The notes under the pieces were generated by a model. It worked only from the letters and a program-made list of their open reading frames with translations. It was not told where the DNA came from and ran no database searches. DNA of 64,000 bases from Octopus vulgaris (taxonomy: Eukaryota), in contig OX597814.1 in assembly GCA_951406725.2 (NCBI GenBank), forward strand, positions 135,284,001 to 135,348,000. Direction: 5' to 3'. Position 1 is the stretch's first letter. Each line of letters opens with the position of its first letter. Of the stretch, positions 49,949-61,591 are shown in pieces. A program made the position numbers and the translations under genes.

Positions 49949-52047
49949 TTTAATAGGTATTGGCCAATAAAAGGAATCATTATTATTAATGGCTATAGCT
50001 AAAATATTGGAAACTATAAAAGAATATCATTATCACAGTCATATCTTTTACTCATATCTTCTTGGGTCAGATAAACATATTTGATTACATTTTTTACAAT
50101 TTCTCAGATTTCTTGCCAATCCCAAACTTGTTGAGTTGCTATCATCAGAACTATTATTTTTACAACCTTTTTATTTATACAATGACAGAGATTCAACACT
50201 AATCTTAACTGCAATAACATCACCTAATCACCCCAGTCTTATGCACCAAGGAAGTCCTCATTTTCTGCACAGGCTTTTAAATCTTTCTCTCTGGAATGAT
50301 CTCATCCATTCATTTTAGATAATTAATTATCTCAAGCACTTAAAATTTAATATTATTTGTCTTAAACACACACATCAGCCTTAACCTACAACTTACTGGA
50401 AACCTCTAAAATATAAAATGAATTCAATTTTGTATTTACCTGCTTGCAGGCATAATATAATGAGTTCAGGAATTCCCATTTAGATTATTTTTAAAGAAAT
50501 CTAAGTTGGCAGACACACCTGGTAATTCACTGTGATTTTAATTGTAGTAAATAAATTAATTTTCTTGTAACTTTGTAGGCACATGCATGGCTGTGTGGTA
50601 AAAAGCTTGCTTCCCAGCTACATGGTTTTGGGTTCAGTCCTACAGTGTGGCACTTTGGGCAAGTGTCTTTTACTAAAGCTATGGTTCAATTAAATCCTTG
50701 TGAATGGATTTGGTAGATGGAAACTGAAAAAAAAGCTAGTGTGTGTGTTTGTGTGAGTGTGTGTGTTTGTCTCCAACCACCTGACAACCAGTGTTTGTTT
50801 GTATAAAACCCTGTAACTTAGTAGTTCAGAAAAAGAAACTAATAGAATAAGTATTAGGCTCTAAAATAAGTACTAGGATGAGTTGTTCAACTAAACCCTT
50901 CGAGGTGGTCCCTCAGCATAGCTGCAGTCCAATGACTGAAACAAATAAAAGATAAAGCTATACATTAGAGAAGGAAAGAATGCATGTAATAATTTAGCCT
51001 TGTTCAAGTTTTGTGCTTGCTTAAGTTTGTCCCAAATATCCATGCTTGTTTTTAGACTTATAGTTATCCCTTGTTTCATATGTTCTGAGTAATATAAAGG
51101 TTTCTTTTATAAGTCCCAAGTTTCTCTAGTGGTTTAAAAAAAAAAACAGGAATGCATATCATATATAATGCATGGATATCAGGGAAATATTCTTTTTTAA
51201 CCCTTTGCCTGTCTTATCTGTCACATGTCAGGCAAAGAGCTAACTAGAATTAATTAGTTAAGTCTAATTCAATTGTATACATTAGAGAGAGTGAGAGAGA
51301 GAGAGTTATAAGAGGAATGAACTTTTCAATAATTAATTTCTACAACAATTTTGTACGATTAATGGACAACACAGAGTTGTTCAGCTAGTTCCACTGCCTC
51401 AACCTGAATGTAATATATATAGAGAGCTGCTTTATAAACTGACCTCACTCTAGCTAGGTCCATAAAAGTTTACTCAGCAAAGTAAATCTATTTCAAATCA
51501 CTTGTTGATAGCTATTAGTAATATATGCAAAAATATTACAGTATCAACTATCACGAAACTTACTGAATGAGGAAAGCTAATTTCATTGCTATGTGTATTG
51601 AACAATTCCTTTTTATACTCTCATACACAAGTATACCTACCACTTTTAAAAGAGAAATGTCATCTTCATAGTCATTTTAATGCCCACTTTTCCATGCTTG
51701 CAAGGGTTGGCCAGAATTTTTTGAGGCTGATTTTCTTCAGCTGGATGCCCTTTCTGTTGCCAACTTGCACCTGTTTCCAAGTAAGGTAATAGTTCATTTT
51801 GCCAGACATGTTTTCACAGAAGATTAATTGGAAATGAATGACACTGTTTATATTTTGGTAATGCTCCTTTTTACATCACACAGCATGAAGACAAGGACAC
51901 ACACACACACATACAGCTGGAAGAAATGTATTCCTGGGGCCATAAACTACAGTAGCATCATCTCATATGGGTCAGCCACAATTAGGTGGCAAATATACTT
52001 CACGATGTTGTGCTGCTACTGTTTATGTCTTGCACAGAGATTTATTA

Positions 52048-52433
52048 TCTCTCTCTATATAAACGGCAGTTTGTCTGTGCGTGTTTCTGTGTGTCTGTTT
52101 TCTCGTACCCTCACTCTGACCACGGCTTTCAACCGATTCTGATGAAACTTGACACACACATAGCCCAATGTCATAATTCAAAACTAACGCAGCGAAAATT
52201 TTGAAAAGTTCCCCCAGTTCTGAAAAAAATCGATAAATTCGACATGGGGTCGAGAATCAGAAACACAAACCACAAACTGTCTAGGGGACGCAACTCCACC
52301 TTTTTTAACTCTCAAAAAAAAAATTTACCATCATTATTTTCCATTTTTTTGCTATTTTTTGGCTATAACTCTCTAAAAATGCTTTATAGTTATTTCCCTT
52401 ACAAACCTGAGCAACGCCGGGCGATACTGCTAG
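52048..52433 (+). mobile_element. Non-autonomous Helitron
   Basis: Starts A|TCtctctctatataaacggcag, has the subterminal hairpin cctgagc-aac-gccggg and ends CTAG|T. Confidence 0.8.
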
Positions 52434-52436
52434 TTG

Positions 52437-52479
<43 letters not shown>

Positions 52480-53162
52480 CATCATCGTCATTTAATGTCT
52501 TTTGTTAAATTGCTGTCCATATACATGTGTCATATAATCTTCCTTTTACTTGGAGAGAAAAACCTTTCGTGGCTGTGGCCAATAGAGGTTATACAGCTCT
52601 CTGAATTTTCTCCATCCTATTCTTATTCTAGCTATCACACCCTCCGTGCATCCCCCCCTACTAATTTGGTCCTTAGGTACCAGAAATTATCTACTGCTTC
52701 TAATGAGCCACCAGGACATTTGAGAGAATCGATTTCCCAAGTTTCTAACGTTTTAGGATCCTATGCATCTTCATATATATAATGGGCTTGTTTAAGCTTC
52801 CATCTATGAAATTCACTTACAAGGCTTTGATTGGCTCTGGTTTGTTATAGGAGACACTTGACCAAGGTTCGGTGCTGTAAGACTGAACCTGGAACCTTGC
52901 AGTTGAGAAGCAAACTTCTTACCACACACCCTGTACCTCTGTGTTTTCCACAAATTGGTATTTTTAAAAAATAATAATAGGTTCCTTGATAAATACCATG
53001 GATGACACCCTCTCTAATTTGTGCTGCTTTAAATGTATATAATAGCTAGTTGTCTGTGCCCTGTGAGTCAACCTTGCTTGAATAGTTCAATCTTTTATTG
53101 ACTTTATACAATATAAGGATAGATTCTGGCAAGCAGTTCAACTCTCATATGATTACATTATT

Positions 53163-53553
53163 TACATTATTTACATTTGATGGATATTTGTCCTCATCTT
53201 GTTTGTTATTAACACAAAGTTTCGGCTGATATACCCTCCAGCTTTCATCAGGTGTCTTGGGGAAATTTCGAACCTGGGTTCTCATTCCTAAGGTATTTTT
53301 CAATGGGCATATGGCATAGTGGTTAAGAGCACGGGCTACTAACCCCAAGATTCCGAGTTCGATTCCAGGCAGTGACCTTAATAATAATAATAACATCGAA
53401 AAATACCTTAGGAATGAGAACCCAGGTTCGAAATTTTCCCCAAGACACCTGATGAAGGCTAGAAATGTTGTGTTAACAACAAAGAAGATGAGGACAAATA
53501 TCCGTCAAATGTAAATAAAGTACATAATTCTTCATCTCTTAAATATAGAACTG
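53163..53553 (+). mobile_element. tRNA-headed, hammerhead-bearing short element with an inverted partial copy
   Basis: The tRNA-like head at 53305-53378 has A box tggcatagtgg and B box gttcgattcc. A (TAA)n linker leads to body 53394-53553 with a hammerhead. 53163-53305 is the reverse complement of 53394-53522. Confidence 0.8.
53212..53255 (-). ncRNA. Minimal type I hammerhead motif
   Basis: The minus strand reads acac-CTGATGA-A-AGCTG-gagggtatat-CAGCC-GAAA-C-TTT-gtgt. The plus copy at 53445-53473 reads acac-CTGATGA-A-GGCT-a-GAAAT-GTT-gtgt with stem II deleted. The two-copy consensus restores GGCTG/CAGCC and GAAACGTT. Confidence 0.72.
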
Positions 53554-55441
53554 TATTATCTACTCTGTCTATATTATACTAATATGCCTGTTTCAGATTT
53601 GATCTCTATCCCTATTTGTTCAGTGGGTGGGGTAATTCATTTCAAAGCTACTCCAATGGAAAGGTTGGTCTACCTGGAATTTTAACCCTACTCTAACTGT
53701 ATGCAGTCCATGCTTACAATTATTTCTCCATTATGCACAGGTGTACTGACATGCATGCATGTGCATACACATGCACACACACTCACACACATGTGCACAC
53801 ACACTCACACACATGTGCACACACACTCACACACACTCACACACATGTGCACACACACTTACACACATGTGCACACACACACGCACACACATCGCAGATG
53901 GTTTGATGACATTTTGTATGTTAGAGTATGTTTGACTAACTGTTATTTGCTTTTGGTTTTATTGTTTTTCTATATTCTTTTCATTAAATTCAACTCTATA
54001 TCTTGTCTTTCTCTCTCTCTTTTCTATGTTCTTTCTCTCTCTTTCTTTTTTCTATGTTCTTTCACTTTCTCTCATACACAAACAGTTTTAAATATGTCAA
54101 CATATATACATGGATGTATGATATAGCATATATTTCTGAAGCAGGTGCTATGCTGTAGTAATATTGAGGTAGTGCTCTCTCAACAATAGTATTTGAGGTT
54201 ATTAGAAGCTGTACTTCTATATGGAGAGTAGTATAATAGTAATAACGAAGGGTTTCTCATTACACTGGTTCACAACATATGTGAAGGTTATGGGACATTT
54301 AATATTGTATATGAGAGGTATTAGGTGATATTAGTCAGAATTCAAATAGATCATGACACTAAAATTTGCTAGAATAGAATGTAGATTAATATGGTGGCTA
54401 TATTGATGTCAGGTTGCATTGAGCATAATTATGGCTCAAATCCATTGTAGCTAGTGAACATCATATCTTTCATGCAGTCATATCATAACTAGAACTACAT
54501 TATTCAATGTGTCTTTCCTTTTTTTAAAGACAGTTAGTATGATTTGAGGAAAATTTGGCTACTATTTCTAGCAGGTTGTGTAATCAGATATAAGTCCCGC
54601 GAGTAGTTTGAGACTTCCTTGTTGATTCATGTTGTTTAGCCCCAAACTAGCCTTGATCAAGCAGACCTATGAAGTTATTCTATTCATGACAATAATATTT
54701 TTATTATTGAGACAATATATGAAAATTATATTATTCAATGCTCTCAATGTATACTTTCCTTTTAAAGGCAACAGTGTGAAATTTGAAGGAAATTTGATTG
54801 CTCTTTTTAGCAGATCAAGGCTTTCATGGTGACAGATATGACTAGAATAGACAGAGAGGTCAAGGTAACCAGAACAGATGATTGAGAACATGAGAAGAGG
54901 CTGGACTGGCTGAAATTTTAAATGAATTGATGATATGAGATGATAATTGTTTCTAGAACTACCAAATTTGAGAGGAGGGGCTGAGTTAATTACATCAACC
55001 CCAGTAGTAGACTTGCACTTAATTTCATCTACTCCAGAAAAAAATGTAATATAAAGTTGAGCTGAGTGAGGTTTGAACTCAGAATATAAAAGGACATAAC
55101 TAAATACTGCAAAGGTATTTTAATTTGAGGTTCTGTTGTTTCTGCTAATTCACCAGAAAGAAGCAGAAAGAGGGGAGAGAGAAAGAGAAAAAGAGTTGAA
55201 GAAAGAGAGAGGTGAAAAAGGAAAAAGCATGATGGTGTAAAATAATTTATTTTCAAATTGTGTTATGATGACATTCTCCTCGGTCATGTTTTGATTGATT
55301 ACTATTTATAGTTGAAATTAATCTATTATTTACTAGATTAATAATTCACCGTTTATCCAATAAATAAATCCATTATCATTGTGAATTGGTTTTTAATATT
55401 TTACAATCTTTAAAGACCAGGATTATTATATGAGAGAAAAG

Positions 55442-55485
<44 letters not shown>

Positions 55486-55845
55486 AAAAAAGATTTAATT
55501 CATTATCAAGCTATGTTATTTGCCATATAAAAGACAAGACTATGGTTATGGTAGTTGTTGTTAACAACGCTACCACTGTAATCCTCTTATCACTCTTTTA
55601 GTCCTCTTCCTTCTGATTATTATGATCACTTTGCTCTGTATCCTTATTGTCATTATCATCATTGATAACACTGATGATGTTATCATTGTTATCATTATCA
55701 TGAGTTTCTCATCAAGGTATGCATGTAAAAATATTTTTTTAAATATGTGTGGTAAGAAGATTGTTTCCCAACCACATGGTTCCAGGTTCGCTGCTACTGT
55801 GTAGCACCTTGGGCAAGAACTGAAAGAAGCCTGTTGTTGTATGAG

Positions 55846-55884
<39 letters not shown>

Positions 55885-56174
55885 ATGCACATTCCTGTGT
55901 TTGTTCCCTCCACCGCTTGACAACTGGTGTTGGTGTGTTTACATCCCCATAACTTAGTGGTTCAGCAAAAGAGTTCCAAGAATACTAGAATAAGAAGAAG
56001 AAAAGAGTCAGGTAGATCGAAGAAGGGGGCAGGGATACAGGTATAGTGTTAAAAGAAGGTAGAGGAGCAACAAGAAAGCTTTTGGTCTGTCATCAAGAAA
56101 TCTACTCCTCAGGTTCGATTCAGAGACATATCGTAGCTTATTAGCAGCAATTATTTTTGTTGCTTCTCTAGCTT

Positions 56175-56499
56175 CAACTTGTTACTCTAACCCATGAGGG
56201 TCTTTATAAGATTTTTGGGGATCCACCCAACAAAATAGCAAATTGGGGATCCACAATAATATTTTAGGGCCCCTGAAAAAAATGTTTTTTAGATGTATGT
56301 ATTGCAAGAAACAGTTAGGTTTCTTTCTCTTACATTTTACATAAGTTCAACCTGCATAAGTTAATGTGGAATTTTGAATAGGAATTTTGAAAGAAGTATC
56401 TATAAAACTAGCTTTTAAACACCAAATGGCTATGGGAGTCAACCAGAATAATATAGTAATCAAGGGGATCCATAGATAAAAAATGGTTGAAAACCCCTG
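56175..56499. mobile_element. Probable hAT-like MITE
   Basis: The right end ggttgaaaacccctg resembles CAGGGGTTCTCAACC hAT termini, and ggggatcca subrepeats occur inside. The left TIR is not clear. Confidence 0.4.
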
Positions 56500-58621
56500 C
56501 AAAATGATCCACAGAAAATCAAAGCATCCCTCCCCACTCCATAATAAACAATCACTGTGTACACTGTATGGAATTTTTAGTTACACATATTCTACATATT
56601 GAGCTGAGCCATTTTCTTGAAGGGAGTGGACTCTTCTGTTTTCCTGCTTGAAAAAAAGCAGCTTCAACAATAAGATGCATAATGCAAAACTTGCTGAACT
56701 TGTCTCTGTTTCTCTCTTTCTCTTTCTCCAAGTCAAAACCAGTTGGAATTAGTCATGTAGGTGTTGTGTGCATGTGTGTGCACATGTGTGTGCATGTGTT
56801 CGCATGTGTGTTTCATTGCTAAATATAGGGTTAATTATTGGCTAGCAGCTGCAACTCTGATTTACTAACATTCTGAAATACAACTATTTGAAAATTATTA
56901 ATATTGTTATTTTCTCCCTCACTCCTCATCCCGTTACATTTAGCTTTGAGTGAACCTTATGATAGAAGGCATTTCAACCCTGACTATCTTGTATGTTTTT
57001 TTTCAGACATAGTACATCTAATGACTACATTATCCAATGTGTCCTTAACTCTGTTTAATACAATAGAGTACAGTTTAAGGCTATTAATAACAGGTGATTG
57101 TTTGTTATGGGTGGTCGGGGAGTGGTTTTGTTTTGGTTTCCTGTGGATCATTTCATATTCCTTTGTCAGAAATACCATATTTTCCAGCAAACAAGTCAAA
57201 ATTTTCAAACCAAAATTTACAGCCAAAAATGGTGGGTCAACTTAATACATCAAAACAACTTTGGAGGATCAAAACTTCTTTGTGAAATGCAGCCCAAGAC
57301 ACTTGCCCAAGACACTTGCCCAAGGTGCCACACAGTGGAACTGAACCTGGAACTATGTGATTGGGAAGCAAATTTCATACCACACAGTCACATTTGCACC
57401 TGTATTATGTTGTCTTGTCAGCTGGAAAGTAAGGTGCCTGCTTTAGAAAGCCTCATAATTAATAATTGTTTGGAAAAGAAAAAAAAAACTAGAAACAAAT
57501 AATTTTAATGCAGTTGATAGTTACTGTCACTAAATATTTTACCATATCACAGGTTCTCTTTGTCATTATTGTTGTTTAGCATTTTTTTGTTGCATACTTT
57601 CACTGTGCTACTGAAAGCAACTCTCTGCATCTCTTATATATGCAGTGTTTTACTTTAGCATGTTTTTTCTTTTTAATCCTTCCCAAGGCACCTGTTATTA
57701 TTGGGACTGATTTTGTTTTCCCCTCATTTGGGTTATTTTTATTTCTAGACTTATACATTTGAATAATTTTACCATTTCTTTGGGAAATGCATTATTATCT
57801 GTTGGCACTGATATGCTTATTAAAAAGCGTATTTTACCTGGTGGCCCTTGACAACGATGTCTGGTTGATATTGTCATATCTCGGAATATAGTGTTGGTGT
57901 TGTTAAGGTAATGAGCTGGCAGAATTGTTGGAGTATCAGAAAAATGTCTTCAGCATTTGTTCTAGCTCTTTACATTCTGACTTCATGTTCCACCAAGGTC
58001 AACTTTGCCTTTCATACCTCTGGAGTTGATAACATAAAATACCTATCACATATTAGGGTCAATAGTATTGACTTATCCTCTTCCTTCAAAATTTCTGGCC
58101 TTGGTGAGTTGGTAGAATCATTAGCACACTGGACAAAATGTTTAGTGGCATTTCTTCTGGCTCTTTACATTCTGAGTTCAAATTCTGCTGAGGTCAGTTT
58201 TGCTTTTCATCCTTTTGGGGTTGATGAAATAAGTACCAATTAAGTACTAGAGTTAGTGTAATCAACTAACCATTTTTCCCCAAAATTCTAGGCTTTGTGC
58301 CTATAGTAGAAAGGATTATTATTATCATCATTCTTCAGTAGTCTCGTTTTTTATTGTATGCTTTCACTGCACAAAAAGATTAGGTGACGATGATTGGAAC
58401 ACTTTTGATTAGGCATGATCTGAGGTTAACACAACCACGAACAACACCACTGCCACCACTACCACCGCCACCACCAACAACAATTACATAAGGATAAGGC
58501 AAGAATTTCAGACAGATTCAGTTCTGGAAAGAAAAGGATGATGATGGCAAGATGATAGATGGTTGGATGAAATAGAGTGGTATGTAACTTCCTAGGAATT
58601 GAAGCTGAAGTAGTTGTTCAG

Positions 58622-58655
<34 letters not shown>

Positions 58656-58884
58656 TACAATGTAGTGTTGTGCTAGTGGGAGGAGTATGATAATGAGAGA
58701 ATCTTTCATAATCAATCAGATTGCATTTCTTTTGATGTGGTCAAAGGTGTTCCAGAAATGTGAACAGTTCCAAAATATGAATAATAAACTAATTGGTTTC
58801 CAATACAATTTTGACAATGTTATAGGTTTGTCATTGCCATGAATTGAATAGATACCAGTAAGATATTGTTGAAGACTTGATTAA

Positions 58885-58976
<92 letters not shown>

Positions 58977-59084
58977 TACACACACACACACATATATACA
59001 TACATACATGCATGGATACATATATATATATGTATGTATACACATACATATATATACCCACACATACATATATATATAGAGAGA

Positions 59085-59957
59085 GAGTGTGGTGAATATA
59101 TTGTAGTCTAAATTACTTAAAAATGAAAATAACACTGACATCTCATTTTAACAGATATATTTACCAAAATTACATAAAAATATCTTGAAATACTAAAGAA
59201 TAAATTTATTCTATAAAGTTGCCGTTAGCTTCAACGACAGCCTCCAGATGACTTCGGAATCTCCTGCAACCCTTCTGGATGGTCTCCTTGTTTAAGTTAG
59301 TGACTGCTGCCATAATCCTTGCTTTCAGTTCATCTTTGGTGTTACAATGATTTTTGTTGGTCTCTTGCTCAACTGTACCCCACACATAATAATCAAAGGG
59401 GTTGCAGTCTGGGGAGTTAGGTGGCCAGATGTTAGGGGTGATGTGGTTGCAGAAATTGTCTGACAGCCATGACTGGGTTCTCCTGCTTGTGTGGCATGGT
59501 ACAGAGTCCTGTTGTCAGACATAGGGTCTTCCAGCAACCACCCTCTTGATCCAGGGCAGCACTGACTCCTCCAGGCACTTGATGTAGACCTCCATGTTGA
59601 GTCTGAGGCTGTGTAGGAAGATGAATGGAGGCATAATGTCCCCATGACTAGTGATCACTCCGAACACCATGATGTTGACTGGATGTTTGATTTTTATCAC
59701 TCTCAGTACATGTTTTGGGGACACCGCAAGCCAATGGTTGTTCAGTGTGTTCACCTTATGTTTGTATTGGAGTTTCCAGCAAGAATGCCAAGCAGTACAG
59801 CATGTCATTTCCAAATTTCTGATAGAGTGAATTGCGTCATGATGCTGTTTTTGTCACGGATGGTGCCCAACTATACTGTGCAGTCGACAAGATCAAAAAC
59901 AAACAATGCGCATATGCGAAATTAAAAATGAAATGGCAACAATTTGCTCATCACACT
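59085..59957 (-). mobile_element. Internally deleted DD37D (maT) transposon
   Basis: Translates to KHPVNIMVFGVITSHG..YV*QQDSVPCHTS..WPPNSPDCNPFDYYVW, with 37 residues counted between the second and third Asp. Imperfect TIRs are gtgtggtgaatatattgtagtc and ggcaacaatttgctcatcacac. Confidence 0.85.
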
Positions 59958-59964
59958 ATGTGTG

Positions 59965-60024
<60 letters not shown>

Positions 60025-60171
60025 TGTGTGTATTTTTCCCTTGTTAACAATTAACATGGAAAAAATATATAAATAGTTACCATGGTAGCAAAAAATCACA
60101 CAGATAAAAAGGTTGTAACTCTTTGTTTTTAAAGGTAGAAACTTCAAGTTTACGTGAAATATTTTGTATAA

Positions 60172-60621
60172 TATATATAAATAAATAAATGGAGTTAAAT
60201 GCAGGTGTTATTCAAATTCTTTTACTTCCAACACATATTTCGAAGATATCACTGGTATTATTCCAAAGGAATAAAATGGTGTAAAACAATGTAATCTTCT
60301 CTTCAGGGAAGTGAAGAAATGAAACTTGTCGGTAAGACATTTTAACAGAAAATGATGGATATGTATAGTGATTAACTGAAGGCTATTAAGATTGTTTCAA
60401 AAAAACATTATAGAATATAATATCAGAGGTAGCCTATAGAAAGAGGAAGGATAAAGGAAAGAAAAGCTAAATAAATGAGAAGTATATGACTATATGTATA
60501 TTAAATAAAACCATATAGTGAATGTAAAATGTAAAAAGAAAATTAATAATACCAGTGATATCTTCGAAACATGTGTCGGAAGTAAAAGAATTTGAACAAC
60601 ATCTGCATTTAACTCCATTTA

Positions 60622-60635
<14 letters not shown>
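60172..60635. repeat. Inverted repeat with ~90-bp arms (60172-60262 and 60545-60635)
   Basis: The arms are reverse complements with a few mismatches, and both end in (TA)n. Confidence 0.88.
60224..60312 (-). ncRNA. Type I hammerhead ribozyme
   Basis: The minus strand reads acttcc-CTGAAGA-GAAGAT..ATCTTC-GAAA-T-atgt-GTT-ggaagt, with 6-bp stems I and II. The plus-strand half copy at 60560-60583 has GAAA-C-atgt-GTC-ggaagt. Confidence 0.85.
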
Positions 60636-60683
<48 letters not shown>

Positions 60684-60710
60684 TACATACATATATACAT
60701 ATATACATAC

Positions 60711-61159
60711 AAGAGTTATGGAATGGAGTAGGTAAGATCCAAGGTACATATGTTTCATACTGAGCAGAACCTTAGAAGAGGTAAAAATTCAAGTGAGGTG
60801 TATACTGTGGGCTACTCTTCAGGCCAAGGATATCTTGATTAAATTAAGATTACATTGTTGCAAGGAGGTACATGTTGATGCATTGAAGATTCAATCAGAA
60901 TGTGTAGAGAGCACAGTAGGAATCTCCCTACATTTTTATTCTCCTTTCCTACTGTGCTCTCCACACATTCTGATTGAATCTTCCATGCATCAACATGTAC
61001 ATCCTTGCAACAATGTAATCTTTAATTTAATCACTACATCTTTGGCCTGAAGAGTAGCCTGTGGTATACACCTTGCTTAGATTTTTACCACTTCAGAGAT
61101 TCTGCTTGCTATGAAACATATATAGTCCAGATCTTACCTACTCCATTCCGTAACTCTTG
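60711..61159. repeat. Inverted repeat with ~212-bp arms (60711-60922 and 60946-61159), each with a hammerhead remnant
   Basis: The plus copy at 61044-61127 reads ggc-CTGAAGA-GTAGC..GCTAT-GAAA-C-atat-ATA-gtc. The minus copy has GAAA-C-atat-GTA. Confidence 0.85.
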
Positions 61160-61591
61160 CATTCTGATTTGCACACCTGGCAACTCTGGTTGCTTACTGT
61201 GAAATATAAAAAGAACTTTTTCAGCTTATTGTACTTTGATATGAAAAAAATCCACAACATTCCATCTCAATAAACCACTACTGTCGCTGAAAGTTTTTTT
61301 TAATATTTACTATGGATTGCTTGAAATTAACTTTCTTCCTACACCTCAATCCCTGGATCTTACATTTATATATATATATATATGAGCGTAGGCTCGAAAC
61401 GTTAAAGACTTGTTTTATTTATATTTCCTGAGCGCCATACTAATACAATTGTTTGTTTGTTTCCACCTGCCTTCGTCTTTTGTCTATTTTCATAAAGCTT
61501 CCCGTTATATATATATATATATACATACAAACATATATTTATATATATATATATATATATATATACATACAAACATATATTTATATATATA

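Noticed and set aside
57172-57255. taccatattttccagc..gggtcaactta, resembling a Tc2/pogo-like transposon end
   Set aside because: Only one short degenerate end is present, with no partner TIR found.
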